From positions 17,924 through 81,923 of the forward strand of contig JAZNXX010000003.1 of the NCBI GenBank assembly GCA_045594125.1: a stretch of 64,000 nt of DNA. Direction: 5' to 3'. This DNA is from Candidatus Egerieisoma sp. GTDB lineage: Bacteria > Bacteroidota > Bacteroidia > Bacteroidales > UBA932. Each line of letters starts with the position of its first letter. The first letter of the stretch is position 1. Of this stretch, positions 46,511 to 55,980 are shown piece after piece. Below the pieces are notes generated by a model. That model ran no database searches. It worked only from the letters and a program-made list of their open reading frames with translations, and was not told the origin of the DNA. The translations under genes and the position numbers were made by a program.

Positions 46511-47818
46511 TTATTCCTCTTTATTTTGATTGGAGATTCTTGCATCCTCGAATTTCTGTTTCATCGTAGGATTATTGCGTGTCAGTCTCCTGATTGTCAA
46601 ATCCTGGGCCTTGTCGTTTGCCAGGCGGAGGTTATTCTCGGAGCCTATCAATGCATCCTTGATCTTTTGCAGATGGAGGATGGATTTGTCAATCTCATCA
46701 ATGGCAATCTTGAACTTTTCGCTTGCAATCCTGTAGTTTTTCCCGAATTTCTCCTGAAACTCCATAAGTGAATTTTCAAAATTTGTAACATCAATCTCCT
46801 TGCTCTTGGCAAGTTTAAGCTCCCTTTTGTACTCAAGGCTCTTTTTTGATGTCTGTACAAGCAGTGTGATGATAGGAATGAAGAATTGTGGACGGATTAC
46901 ATACATCTTCGGATAGCGGTAGGAGACATCCACGATACCTCCATTGTAGAGTTCGCTGTCGGGTTCAAGAAGTGATACAAGAACTGCAAATTCGCACCCC
47001 TTCTTGCGGCGGTCTTCATCAAGTTTCTTGAGAAAGTCCTCATTTTTATGTTTCGTTGCAGTGGTATCCATCTCATTCTTCATCTCAAACATAATTGAGA
47101 TGTACTCGATACCCTCCTCCATATCCTTAAAGATAAAATCTCCCTTAGTACCGTCAGAGGCATCATTATCCTTCTCAAAGTATGCATTCGGCATTATAGG
47201 ACGCAGCATCTGGTTAAAGAGTGTAGAACAATGTATTTCAAGTGTCTCTCCAACCATTTTTGTACTCATCCTTGTTTTGAGATCCTTATAGTAGTCGACA
47301 AGTTCCTGTTTGGCCTTAAGCTCCTCATTGTGACGCTTTATCATTTCAGATTCGTGGTTTATGACCCTCTCTCTCTCCAGCTCCGCTTTGGATTTCAGCA
47401 GGGCAATCTCCGCCTCCTTTGCCTGGAGGGTCTGTTGAGATCTGGTGCGCTCTTCAAGAACTGCAACTTTTAGTTTTGCATCTTGCTCCTTGATGGCAGA
47501 ATTCAATTGGGCAATTTCTGCATCCTTTGCCATCTGTAACCTTACCATTTCGGACTCCTTCTGATCACGGATTTTCCCTATCTCTGCCTCTTTAGCATTA
47601 AGTTCCATCTCTTTTTGTGAAATTATCTCATTGAAACTCTGCTGTGCCCTGTTTGTAGCCAACTCCTGTTCAACCCTTATTTGTGCTTTAAGTTCGGCAA
47701 TGCGCCGTTCAACCTCTTTGTCAAATTCTGCACTCTTTACCTGATTTACGATAGTGGCGTAATCTGCCTCGTCAACTTTGAATATTGTACCGCATTTGGG
47801 ACATTTTAGCTCTTTCAT
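46511..47818 (-). CDS. DUF2130 family protein (Zn-ribbon + coiled coil + PD-(D/E)xK-like C-terminus)
   Basis: The start was moved to MKELKCPKCGTIFKVDEADY. A long E/K/Q-rich coiled coil is followed by C-terminal 'GDFIFKD...ISIMFEMK'. Confidence 0.78.
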   Translation of the reverse strand: MKELKCPKCGTIFKVDEADYATIVNQVKSAEFDKEVERRIAELKAQIRVEQELATNRAQQSFNEIISQKEMELNAKEAEIGKIRDQKESEMVRLQMAKDAEIAQLNSAIKEQDAKLKVAVLEERTRSQQTLQAKEAEIALLKSKAELERERVINHESEMIKRHNEELKAKQELVDYYKDLKTRMSTKMVGETLEIHCSTLFNQMLRPIMPNAYFEKDNDASDGTKGDFIFKDMEEGIEYISIMFEMKNEMDTTATKHKNEDFLKKLDEDRRKKGCEFAVLVSLLEPDSELYNGGIVDVSYRYPKMYVIRPQFFIPIITLLVQTSKKSLEYKRELKLAKSKEIDVTNFENSLMEFQEKFGKNYRIASEKFKIAIDEIDKSILHLQKIKDALIGSENNLRLANDKAQDLTIRRLTRNNPTMKQKFEDARISNQNKEE

Positions 47819-47840
47819 ATAAAATATTATAAGAATTATC

Positions 47841-47848
47841 CAAAGATA
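47841..47848 (-). promoter_or_regulatory. candidate -7 box (TAtcTTTG on minus strand) for the DUF2130 gene
   Basis: The plus-strand sequence caaagata lies 22 nt upstream of the ATG at 47818. Confidence 0.35.
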
Positions 47849-47867
47849 GTAAAATGTATATATAGAT

Positions 47868-49106
47868 TCACCGTTCAAAAGCAAAAAAAACGGCTTTTCC
47901 CATTGTTGATTCAAACTCCTCTTTTAAGAAGCCTCTCAAACCGAAGTGATCTACAACCTCGTGGAGATAGGTTTTTCTTGCATCCTCAATGGTTCCGTGA
48001 GCCGAAAGATTTACCACAACTTTACCGGTTGCGGGCTCATGCCAACCTTTGTTTTGAGTATTCTTCTAATCGTAGATATACTCTGGAGCTACACCAAGAA
48101 CATTAGCTATTTCGTCTATCTTTTCTCGCATTACCTCTTCTGAGTGCTGCCGTGACTGGAGTGGGGTTGAGGATTGGCGGTAAAGTTTAGCGTTTTTAAT
48201 ATTAGCACTATCTGGATATGCAAGACCGGTCTTATCAATAAATTTCCCAGTATTCAAAAAATCTTCAATCGATTCAAGAATTTGCACTAAAGGCTTACCC
48301 TTTGCTTGAGCAAGACTCTTTTTACTGTAGAAAAATTCCTTAACGCTCGCCTTTCCATCTTTCAAAATGCCTATATTTCTCTTGCCGGAAATTACAATAC
48401 TAATTGCATCATACTCTTCATTCTTATCAAAGTTGGAAACCACCGCATTATGATTACTTATCCTAAATGTAATATCCCCTATCGGAGTAGCAAAGGTTCT
48501 GTAGTGGCTTGAACCTTCTTTGTTTAATCCAAGTTGCCTTGATACATCGGTAATAAATCCTCTTGCTTTATTATCACGCCTATTCTTGTATATTTCTTGA
48601 AGTTCTTTTATATTTGTGATATAATCACTTGGCACGGCCGGGGCATTAACTACTTTTGTAGGGGCTACGGTGTCGGGTGATTTCTTTTTATACATAAACA
48701 CCATCTTACTGAACAATCCAGCGCCTTTGTATCGGTTGAATGTGTTTATATCAAGATTGTCAAGTAGTACCTCAAGTGCATTCTCCAATACATTAAGCGC
48801 ATCTGTCTGCTCAGATTCGACACCAGGTATCTGAATACCAAGAATCCTCTTTATGCCATTGATAACTTGTCTCCAAAGTTTCTTAGCCTTCAATGCAGCT
48901 CTGAACGCTGGATTGGCAAGCTCTGCCATCATCTCGTGAACATCAGTCAAGCCGTACTCGTTATTAGCTGCATCAATACCGTCTTTACCTTTGATAAGCG
49001 AAGTGAAATATGGATCATCCTTGATTGCAGTATATACATCTGCAATCCGAATATACTTTATACTTTCTGGGGAGCATTTCTGTGAGATTTTGAGAGCTAT
49101 TTGCAA
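47868..49106 (-). pseudogene. N-terminally truncated, stop-interrupted gene remnant of unknown (probably mobile-element) origin
   Basis: The frame is open from about 49130 with no ATG or credible start; the track uses a TTG. An in-frame TAG at 48066-48068 is followed by 65 more in-frame codons (KNTQNKGWHEPATGKVVVNLSAHGTIEDARKTYLHEVVDHFGLRG...). It lies next to the 3' end of tRNA-Lys. Confidence 0.45.
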
Positions 49107-49134
49107 AGGGGGTGGGCACGCCGATGAGCCTTAC

Positions 49135-49234
49135 ACGCTCTGTAGGGCCTATTTTCGGTCCCGACCCCTCCAAATTTTACCGGGTTGGGACCCCTATACG
49201 CTCTACGGCCACGATTTCGGTGCCCAACCCCCTT
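49135..49234. repeat. GC-rich imperfect direct repeat (about 37 nt x2) with embedded hairpin
   Basis: 'acgctctgtagggcctattttcggtcccgacccc' and 'acgctctacggccacgatttcggtgcccaaccccc' start 63 nt apart. ggtcccgaccc (49158-49168) can pair with gggttgggacc (49183-49193). Confidence 0.6.
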
Positions 49235-49293
49235 GCGTGGCTTGCGCAGGCGAAAAAAAATTTATCCTATGCAGGATGAAGGAGCAATAAAAC

Positions 49294-49317
49294 AAAAAAA
49301 GCGGCTTTTCAGCCGCT
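49294..49317 (-). terminator. rho-independent terminator after tRNA-Lys
   Basis: Stem agcggct/agccgct with loop tttc. On the minus strand it is followed by a T7 run. Confidence 0.65.
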
Positions 49318-49324
49318 CTTTCTG

Positions 49325-49397
49325 TGATCCGCCTGGGGCTCGAACCCAGGACCCCAACATTAAAAGTGTTGTGCTCTACCTGCTGAGCTAGCGAATC
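49325..49397 (-). tRNA. tRNA-Lys (anticodon UUU)
   Basis: The reverse complement GATTCGCTAGCTCAGCAGGTAGAGCACAACACTTTTAATGTTGGGGTCCTGGGTTCGAGCCCCAGGCGGATCA folds as a cloverleaf. The anticodon loop is CTTTTAA. Confidence 0.9.
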
Positions 49398-49456
49398 AAT
49401 CCCTATTTCCCTTACTTCTGAAACCCTCTTGAGGAGCTCCGTTCCGTTTGGGATTG

Positions 49457-49487
49457 CAAAGGTAGACATTTTTTTTAACAAACCAAA
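49457..49487 (-). promoter_or_regulatory. Bacteroides-type promoter for tRNA-Lys (TTTG-N19-TAccTTTG)
   Basis: On the minus strand, TACCTTTG lies at 49464-49457 and TTTG at 49487-49484, with 19-nt spacing. The module is near-identical to the one upstream of tRNA-Phe. Confidence 0.5.
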
Positions 49488-49621
49488 TTTATTTTCAAAA
49501 AATGTGCTTTTTTATCTCAATTTTTAGAAAATGTCGGACTAATTTGGCAAAATGAACAAAAACTCTTTGGATACTTTCACACATTCTATAATTTTGCGCA
49601 ACAGGGTAAATTTATGACGGA

Positions 49622-50659
49622 ATGGAGTTTGAAGCTGATTTTCTCTCTTTTTTGAATGAAGCGTCGGTTGATTATCGGAAAACCGGTGCAAATCTCTTCT
49701 ATTTTCCAAACTACCGGCTCCATATTTTGCTGATACACCTCTCAAATCCGGATATTTTTGGAGAGCATCCGTTGGTTGTCTCAGGGAGCTTTGTAACTGC
49801 AAATGTAGCTGAAGAGTCTGAGGTACTCCCAGATATACTTTACCTTTACGAAGACAGATGGTTTAGTGAGAAAGAGCTTATCAAGAGCAGGATACTTCTC
49901 CGTCTCGGACATTTTATCCCGGTTTTTGCAAGAAAATGTAAAGTGCTTGACAATGAGATGATAAAGTCGTCATCAGAGTTGAATGCCAAGATAAAGGAGC
50001 TATTTGTAAGTTCGCACTCATATGGTGATGCAAAGTCGAAATATGCATTTGCATTGGAGTATGAAGGTATTATAGTGGCAGCAGCGACCTTCTCTGCCCC
50101 AAGGGTAATGACAAGGCAGCTACTCCGGCAGGTGGCTGGCGGGTATTCCTATCTTGCATATAAAGAGGATGGTATGGCGGTTAACGGTGTTGTCTCTGAT
50201 GGGTATGGAGCAGGAAGTGGTGGTTGCCGGATGGAGGAAGGTAGTTGCCGGATGGAAGATGGGGTGATTGTAGCAAAAATGGTAGACTCCTATGAGTGGG
50301 TCAGATATGCTTCACTCCCGGGATATAGGATTGTTGGAGGAATGGGCAGATTGCTTGAGGCTTTTCTAAAGCATATAAGGAGAATCAGGAGGGAGAAGGG
50401 GAACTCTTTGCCAATAGAGGTTATGACCTATTCCGATACAGAGTGGTCGGATGGCAATGTATATCGTAAACTCGGATTTGAATTTGTGCAGTACAGACCT
50501 CCTGTTGAGTTTTACATCAATCTTGACAGTTGGGAGAGAATATCAGTAAAAAAAGCATCCCGACAGGGATTCTCTCCGGTGGGGGAGGAGCTGTCGGGAA
50601 GATTTATAAGGGTGAAAAATATGGGCAGCAGAAAATATCTGCTCTATTGCGGTGTTTGA
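49622..50659 (+). CDS. hypothetical protein, possible GNAT-like C-terminal region
   Basis: 345 aa. Only a weak resemblance: 'YRIVGGMGRLLEAFL...MTYSDTEWSDGNVYRKLGFEFV' looks like the acetyl-CoA-binding end of a GNAT. Contains an internal tandem repeat. Confidence 0.4.
   Translation: MEFEADFLSFLNEASVDYRKTGANLFYFPNYRLHILLIHLSNPDIFGEHPLVVSGSFVTANVAEESEVLPDILYLYEDRWFSEKELIKSRILLRLGHFIPVFARKCKVLDNEMIKSSSELNAKIKELFVSSHSYGDAKSKYAFALEYEGIIVAAATFSAPRVMTRQLLRQVAGGYSYLAYKEDGMAVNGVVSDGYGAGSGGCRMEEGSCRMEDGVIVAKMVDSYEWVRYASLPGYRIVGGMGRLLEAFLKHIRRIRREKGNSLPIEVMTYSDTEWSDGNVYRKLGFEFVQYRPPVEFYINLDSWERISVKKASRQGFSPVGEELSGRFIRVKNMGSRKYLLYCGV
50223..50264 (+). repeat. 21-nt tandem duplication inside a CDS
   Basis: gttgccggatggagga (50223-50238) and gttgccggatggaaga (50244-50259) have period 21 and encode GCRMEEG/SCRMEDG. 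Confidence 0.8.
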
Positions 50660-50752
50660 CAGCAGCTCTCCTCCACTCTGCATATTCCGGTCGGGACAAC
50701 ACTATGCCAAATTGAATTGCAGCCTGATATGCCAAATTGAGTTACAGCCCTT

Positions 50753-53308
50753 TTATTTCAATCTTGTTATTGCTGTTGTATTCTTATCTTTTGAGAGTCC
50801 GAGTGTTATTGTGGCTCCGGGCTTGATTTTTCCGCTTATTATAGCCTCAGCAACAGGATCTTCGATATATCGCTGTATTGCCCTCTTCAAAGGTCGTGCG
50901 CCATATTGCGGATCATAGCCGGCCTCGGCAACAAACTTTTTAGCCCCAGCTGTGAGTTTCAATGAAAAACCTGCCTGAGCAACTCTTGTGTAGAGATGTT
51001 TGAGTTCAATCTCAATAATCTTTTCAAGATTCTCCTTAGTCAATGAATTGAAGAGTATCTGCTCATCAATCCTGTTTATGAACTCCGGAGTAAAGGTCTT
51101 CTGGATAGCCTTCTCCACAATCTCACGTTTGCCGCTCTGGGAATCACGTTTTGAACTGTTTGCAAAGCCAAGCCCCTTGCCAAACTCCTTGAGCTCTTTG
51201 GTACCTATATTGGATGTGAGAATAAGCAATGTATTCCTGAAATCAATTCTACGGCCATTGCTATCGGTAAGTTTGCCCTCGTCAAGCACCTGGAGCAGAA
51301 TATTGTAGATGTCCGGATGAGCCTTCTCAATCTCATCAAGAAGAACTACGGAGTAGGGCTTTCTTCTCACTCTCTCCGAGAGCTGTCCCCCCTCATCATA
51401 TCCCACATATCCAGGAGGCGCTCCAATCAGACGGCTGACAGCGTGCTTCTCCATATATTCGCTCATATCAATCCTGATAAGGGCATCCTGAGTGTCAAAC
51501 ATAAACTCTGCCAACATTTTTGCAAGCTGTGTCTTGCCTACACCGGTAGGACCAAGAAAGAGGAATGTGCCTATAGGTTTGTTAGGATCCTTAAGCCCGG
51601 CTCTGCTCCTTTGGATGGCTCTTGTAACCCTCTCAATAGCCTCCTCCTGACCGATAATCCTCTCTCTCAATGTATTTCCCATATTGAAGAGTTTGTTTCC
51701 CTCGCTTTCGGCAATCCTGTTTACGGGTATTCCTGTAGCCATACTCACAACCTCTGCAATATCCTCCTTATCAACTATATCAGGATTCTTGCTTCTCTTT
51801 TTATCCCACTTCTCCCTGAGTCTCTCAAGCTCCGCCGCCTTTTCACGCTCAAGATCACGATAGATGGCTGCCTTCTTGAAATCCATCTCGGCAGCGCTCT
51901 TCTGTTTGGCCTCTCTGATTGATGCCAGAGCGCTCTCCGCCTCCACAATCTGTTTAGGCGCTTTAAGGTTTCTGATATGGACACGGCTTCCGGACTCGTC
52001 AAGTATATCAATGGCCTTGTCGGGCAGACAGCGGTCGGAGATATATCTCTCGCTCAAACCCACGCAGGCCCTGATAGCCTCTGGTGTATAGATGACATTG
52101 TGGTGTTTCTGGTAGTGTTCCTTGATCTGTTCAAGAATGGTTATGCTCTCATCAAAAGAGGTAGGCTCAACCATAATCTTCTGGAACCTTCTCTCAAGAG
52201 CGCCATCCTTCTCTATAAACTGACGGAATTCATCCAAAGTTGTTGCTCCGATGCACTGCAGCTCTCCCCTTGCCAAGGCGGGCTTGAGCATATTGGCAGC
52301 ATCAAGAGAGCCTGCGGCACCTCCGGCTCCAACAAGTGTATGCATCTCATCAATAAAGAGTATGATGTTTGGATTCTTTCCTATCTCGTTGAGAATGGCC
52401 TTCATCCTCTCTTCAAATTGCCCGCGGTATTTTGTGCCGGCAACAATTGAGCCTATATCAAGCGAGACAATTCTCTTGTTCATAAGGTTTGCAGATACCT
52501 TTTTCTGGGCAATTCTTATTGCAAGTCCCTCAGCTATGGCTGATTTGCCTACACCTGGTTCTCCGATGAGAACCGGATTGTTCTTTTTTCTCCTGCCCAG
52601 AATCTGTGCAAGTCTCTCAATCTCCTTCTCTCTTCCTACAACAGGATCGAGCCTCTCCTCCCTCGCAGCTTTGGTGAGATCAAAACCAAAACTGTCAAGA
52701 ACAGGGGTAGAGCCTGATTTTACCTTTGCGGCAGGCTTCTCCTCCCTTTCATTATCCTTATGTTCCGATATGCTGTTCATTGATGAAGAATTGTCACTTT
52801 TACTATACGCATCGCGGTTCCCGCCACTATTATCAACAAATTTCGGCGATTTTTGTTCATTGCCCTTGAAGGTTCTCTCAACACACTCCCTGACAGAATC
52901 ATACGAAATGCCGCCATCGGCAAGCAGCCTTATAGCGACACAATTCTCCTGCCCCCTGAGAATGGCAAGCAGAAGATGGGCAGCGTCAGGCTGGTACTGC
53001 CTGCTTGTAGCCCTTGCTTCGAGATACATAACCTTTAAGGCATTTTCAGAGGCTTTGGAGAGAATGATACGGTTGGCATTCTCAAGTGGAATCATCTCCT
53101 TTTTCTTTATTTCAACCTCAATCCCTCTCTTGAGTTCAACCATATTTATCCCCAATTTGTCAAGGACCACAATGGCCGAATTTTCACCCTGACGGACCAT
53201 TCCCAATATAATATGGTCTGTCTCAAGAGTGTAGCTTCCGAGCCTTATTGCCTCCTCCTTTGCATAGTTGAGGAGCTCATTCAATTCGTTGGATAATTGT
53301 AGATGCAT
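50753..53308 (-). CDS. clpC: ATP-dependent Clp protease ATP-binding subunit (ClpC-type, two AAA+ modules)
   Basis: 851 aa. Clp_N repeats are followed by 'GEPGVGKSAI', a UVR-like helix 'DFKKAAIYRDLEREKAAELERL', 'GPTGVGKTQLAK' and 'LLDEIEKAH'. Confidence 0.9.
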   Translation of the reverse strand: MHLQLSNELNELLNYAKEEAIRLGSYTLETDHIILGMVRQGENSAIVVLDKLGINMVELKRGIEVEIKKKEMIPLENANRIILSKASENALKVMYLEARATSRQYQPDAAHLLLAILRGQENCVAIRLLADGGISYDSVRECVERTFKGNEQKSPKFVDNSGGNRDAYSKSDNSSSMNSISEHKDNEREEKPAAKVKSGSTPVLDSFGFDLTKAAREERLDPVVGREKEIERLAQILGRRKKNNPVLIGEPGVGKSAIAEGLAIRIAQKKVSANLMNKRIVSLDIGSIVAGTKYRGQFEERMKAILNEIGKNPNIILFIDEMHTLVGAGGAAGSLDAANMLKPALARGELQCIGATTLDEFRQFIEKDGALERRFQKIMVEPTSFDESITILEQIKEHYQKHHNVIYTPEAIRACVGLSERYISDRCLPDKAIDILDESGSRVHIRNLKAPKQIVEAESALASIREAKQKSAAEMDFKKAAIYRDLEREKAAELERLREKWDKKRSKNPDIVDKEDIAEVVSMATGIPVNRIAESEGNKLFNMGNTLRERIIGQEEAIERVTRAIQRSRAGLKDPNKPIGTFLFLGPTGVGKTQLAKMLAEFMFDTQDALIRIDMSEYMEKHAVSRLIGAPPGYVGYDEGGQLSERVRRKPYSVVLLDEIEKAHPDIYNILLQVLDEGKLTDSNGRRIDFRNTLLILTSNIGTKELKEFGKGLGFANSSKRDSQSGKREIVEKAIQKTFTPEFINRIDEQILFNSLTKENLEKIIEIELKHLYTRVAQAGFSLKLTAGAKKFVAEAGYDPQYGARPLKRAIQRYIEDPVAEAIISGKIKPGATITLGLSKDKNTTAITRLK

Positions 53309-53427
53309 TCAAAAAATTTTTTGCGAAAATAGTAAAAAGAAATCCAAAGATATAAAATATGTAAAAAGTGTTTAAATTTGCCATTTCTATAGCTGACTAT
53401 TCAAAAAAAATAGCTATTTTTGGCTGT

Positions 53428-53435
53428 TATTTTTG
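53428..53435 (+). promoter_or_regulatory. candidate -7 box (TAttTTTG) upstream of gyrA
   Basis: TAnnTTTG motif 30 nt upstream of the ATG. A second copy lies at 53415-53422. Confidence 0.35.
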
Positions 53436-53464
53436 TATATGAAATTACATAGGAGAATAAATAG

Positions 53465-55969
53465 ATGGAATTAGAAGAGACACAAGGCAGGATACAGAGA
53501 ATCAACATTGAAGACCAGATGAAAAGTGCTTACATCGATTATTCAATGTCGGTTATCGTATCCCGTGCACTCCCCGATGTAAGAGACGGATTGAAGCCGG
53601 TACACAGACGTGTATTGTTTGGTATGAGCGAATTGGGCTTGACATCAGGAGGACAATACAAGAAATCAGCCCGTATAGTGGGTGAGGTTTTGGGTAAGTA
53701 TCACCCTCACGGTGATTCCAGTGTATATGACGCAATGGTAAGGTTGGCCCAGGATTGGAGTATGCGTTATATGTTGGTTCAGGGTCAAGGAAACTTTGGT
53801 TCGATTGATGGCGATTCTGCTGCGGCAATGCGTTATACCGAGGCCCGTTTCAATGCTTTGGCTGAAGAGGTTCTGCTTGACCTCGATAAGGATACAGTTG
53901 ATTTCAAGAATAACTTTGATGATACGCTTCAGGAGCCTGTCGTATTGCCTTCAAAGGCACCGCTTCTACTCTTGAACGGAGCTTCAGGTATTGCTGTAGG
54001 TATGGCAACAAATATGGCTCCACATAACTTGAGGGAGATTTGTGATGCAATTGTTGCCTATATCCACAACAAGGAGATTACTACAGACGAACTTCTGCAC
54101 TATGTAAAGGGACCGGATTTCCCTACAGGCGGTATAATTCTCGGCCTTCAGGGTATCAGGGATGCATTTGAGACAGGCAAGGGAAGAATTGTAGTGAGGG
54201 CCAAGAGTGAGATAGAGGTAAGTGAGAGCGGCAGGGAGACCATAGTCATTACAGAGATTCCCTATATGGTCAACAAGAGGGAACTGATAGAGAAGATTGC
54301 AGAACTCGTTGAGGATAAGAAGATAGAGGGTATCTCGTATGTAAACGACGAGAGCGACCGTAACGGTATGCGTATAGTTATAAAACTCAAGATGGGAGCC
54401 GTTGCAAATGTGGTATTGAATACATTGTTCAAATATACACCGCTCCAGTCAAGTTTCTCTGTAAACAACATTGCACTTGTTGACGGACGTCCGCGTCTGT
54501 TGAGCCTCAAGCAGCTTATCAAATATTTCGTGAAACACCGTCACGAGGTGGTTGTGCGCAGGGCACAGTTTGAACTCAACAAGGCTGAAGCGAGAGCCCA
54601 TATCCTTGAGGGATTGCTCAAGGCGCTTGATTTTATAGATGAGATCATTGCAATAATCAGGGCTTCCGAGACTGTGGACCAGTCGAAAGAGGGTATTATG
54701 GAGAGATTCGGATTCTCAGAGGCACAGGCAACAGCAATCGTAGAGATGAGGTTGCGTCAGTTGGCGGGATTGGAGAGAATCAAGTTGCAGAGAGAGTACG
54801 ACGAACTTATGAAGCTTATCAACCACTTGAAGGATGTATTGGCAAATGTCGACCTTCAGATGGAGATAATCTGTGAAGAGATGGAAGAGCTCAAGGCAAA
54901 ATTCGGTGATGACAGAAGAACTGCAATCGAACTCTCTGCAGATGAGTTCAATCCGGAAGATTTCTATCCTAATGAGGATGTCGTGATAACAATTTCACAT
55001 CTTGGTTACATCAAGAGGACACCTCTCTCTGAGTACAAGCTGCAGAATAGGGCAGGAGTGGGCTCAAAGGGTTCAACTACAAGGGATGAAGATTTCATTG
55101 AGCATATATATGTTGCAAATATGCACAGTACAATGCTCTTCTTTACCAAAAACGGAAAATGTTTCTGGCTCAAGGTTTATGAGATTCCAGAAGGAACCAA
55201 GACCTCAAAAGGCCGTGCAATACAGAATGTCATAAATATTGAGCCTGATGATAAGGTATGTGCATACATAAATGTTGCAAACCTCAATGACAGCGAGTAC
55301 ATCAACAACAACTATATAGTTTTGGGTACAAAACTTGGAGTTGTGAAGAAGACTTCGCTTGAGGCATACTCACGTCCAAGGGCAAATGGTGTAAATGCAA
55401 TAACCATCAAGGATGGAGATGAACTGTTGGAGGCAATCCTTACAAATGGTTCATCACAAATCCTCATTGCAGGCAGGGACGGCAAGTGTGTCAGGTTTGA
55501 TGAGAATGACTGCAGGGCTATTGGAAGAACAGCGGCAGGAGTCAGAGGCATAACTCTTGGAGAGGGCGATGTTGCGATTGGTATGATTTGTGTAGAGCCT
55601 GGTAAAGAGGGGGCCGAAGAGAAGACAATTCTTGTGGTAAGCGAGAATGGACTCGGCAAGAGATCCGTACTTGATGATTACAGGATAACAAGCAGAGGAG
55701 GTAAAGGTGTCAAGACTCTCAACATAACTGAGAGGACAGGAGCCTTGATTGCACTCAAGTCTGTCGATGACAATAACGATTTGATGATTATCAACAAGTC
55801 GGGTATAACAATAAGGGTTGCAGTTTCCGATATTCCTGTCTCCGGAAGGGCAACACAAGGTGTAAAACTGATAAATCTTCGTGAAAACGACAGCATAGCG
55901 GCTGTATGCGTTGTAAACAAGAGCGAAGAGAAACAGAGTGAAACAACTGAGACTGAAAAAACTAATTAA
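53465..55969 (+). CDS. gyrA: DNA gyrase subunit A
   Basis: 834 aa with '[27 protein letters not shown]', '[20 protein letters not shown]' (QRDR), the active-site 'AAMRYTEA', and a C-terminal beta-pinwheel. Confidence 0.95.
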   Translation: MELEETQGRIQRINIEDQMKSAYIDYSMSVIVSRALPDVRDGLKPVHRRVLFGMSELGLTSGGQYKKSARIVGEVLGKYHPHGDSSVYDAMVRLAQDWSMRYMLVQGQGNFGSIDGDSAAAMRYTEARFNALAEEVLLDLDKDTVDFKNNFDDTLQEPVVLPSKAPLLLLNGASGIAVGMATNMAPHNLREICDAIVAYIHNKEITTDELLHYVKGPDFPTGGIILGLQGIRDAFETGKGRIVVRAKSEIEVSESGRETIVITEIPYMVNKRELIEKIAELVEDKKIEGISYVNDESDRNGMRIVIKLKMGAVANVVLNTLFKYTPLQSSFSVNNIALVDGRPRLLSLKQLIKYFVKHRHEVVVRRAQFELNKAEARAHILEGLLKALDFIDEIIAIIRASETVDQSKEGIMERFGFSEAQATAIVEMRLRQLAGLERIKLQREYDELMKLINHLKDVLANVDLQMEIICEEMEELKAKFGDDRRTAIELSADEFNPEDFYPNEDVVITISHLGYIKRTPLSEYKLQNRAGVGSKGSTTRDEDFIEHIYVANMHSTMLFFTKNGKCFWLKVYEIPEGTKTSKGRAIQNVINIEPDDKVCAYINVANLNDSEYINNNYIVLGTKLGVVKKTSLEAYSRPRANGVNAITIKDGDELLEAILTNGSSQILIAGRDGKCVRFDENDCRAIGRTAAGVRGITLGEGDVAIGMICVEPGKEGAEEKTILVVSENGLGKRSVLDDYRITSRGGKGVKTLNITERTGALIALKSVDDNNDLMIINKSGITIRVAVSDIPVSGRATQGVKLINLRENDSIAAVCVVNKSEEKQSETTETEKTN

Positions 55970-55980
55970 TAAACAAAAAT

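Noticed and set aside
52251-53192. 313-aa plus-strand ORF inside clpC, together with 51317-51922, 51977-52450 and similar ORFs.
   Set aside because: It is antisense to a strongly supported clpC reading frame. The translation is low-complexity Ser/Leu/Pro-rich with no motifs, which is typical of a shadow ORF.
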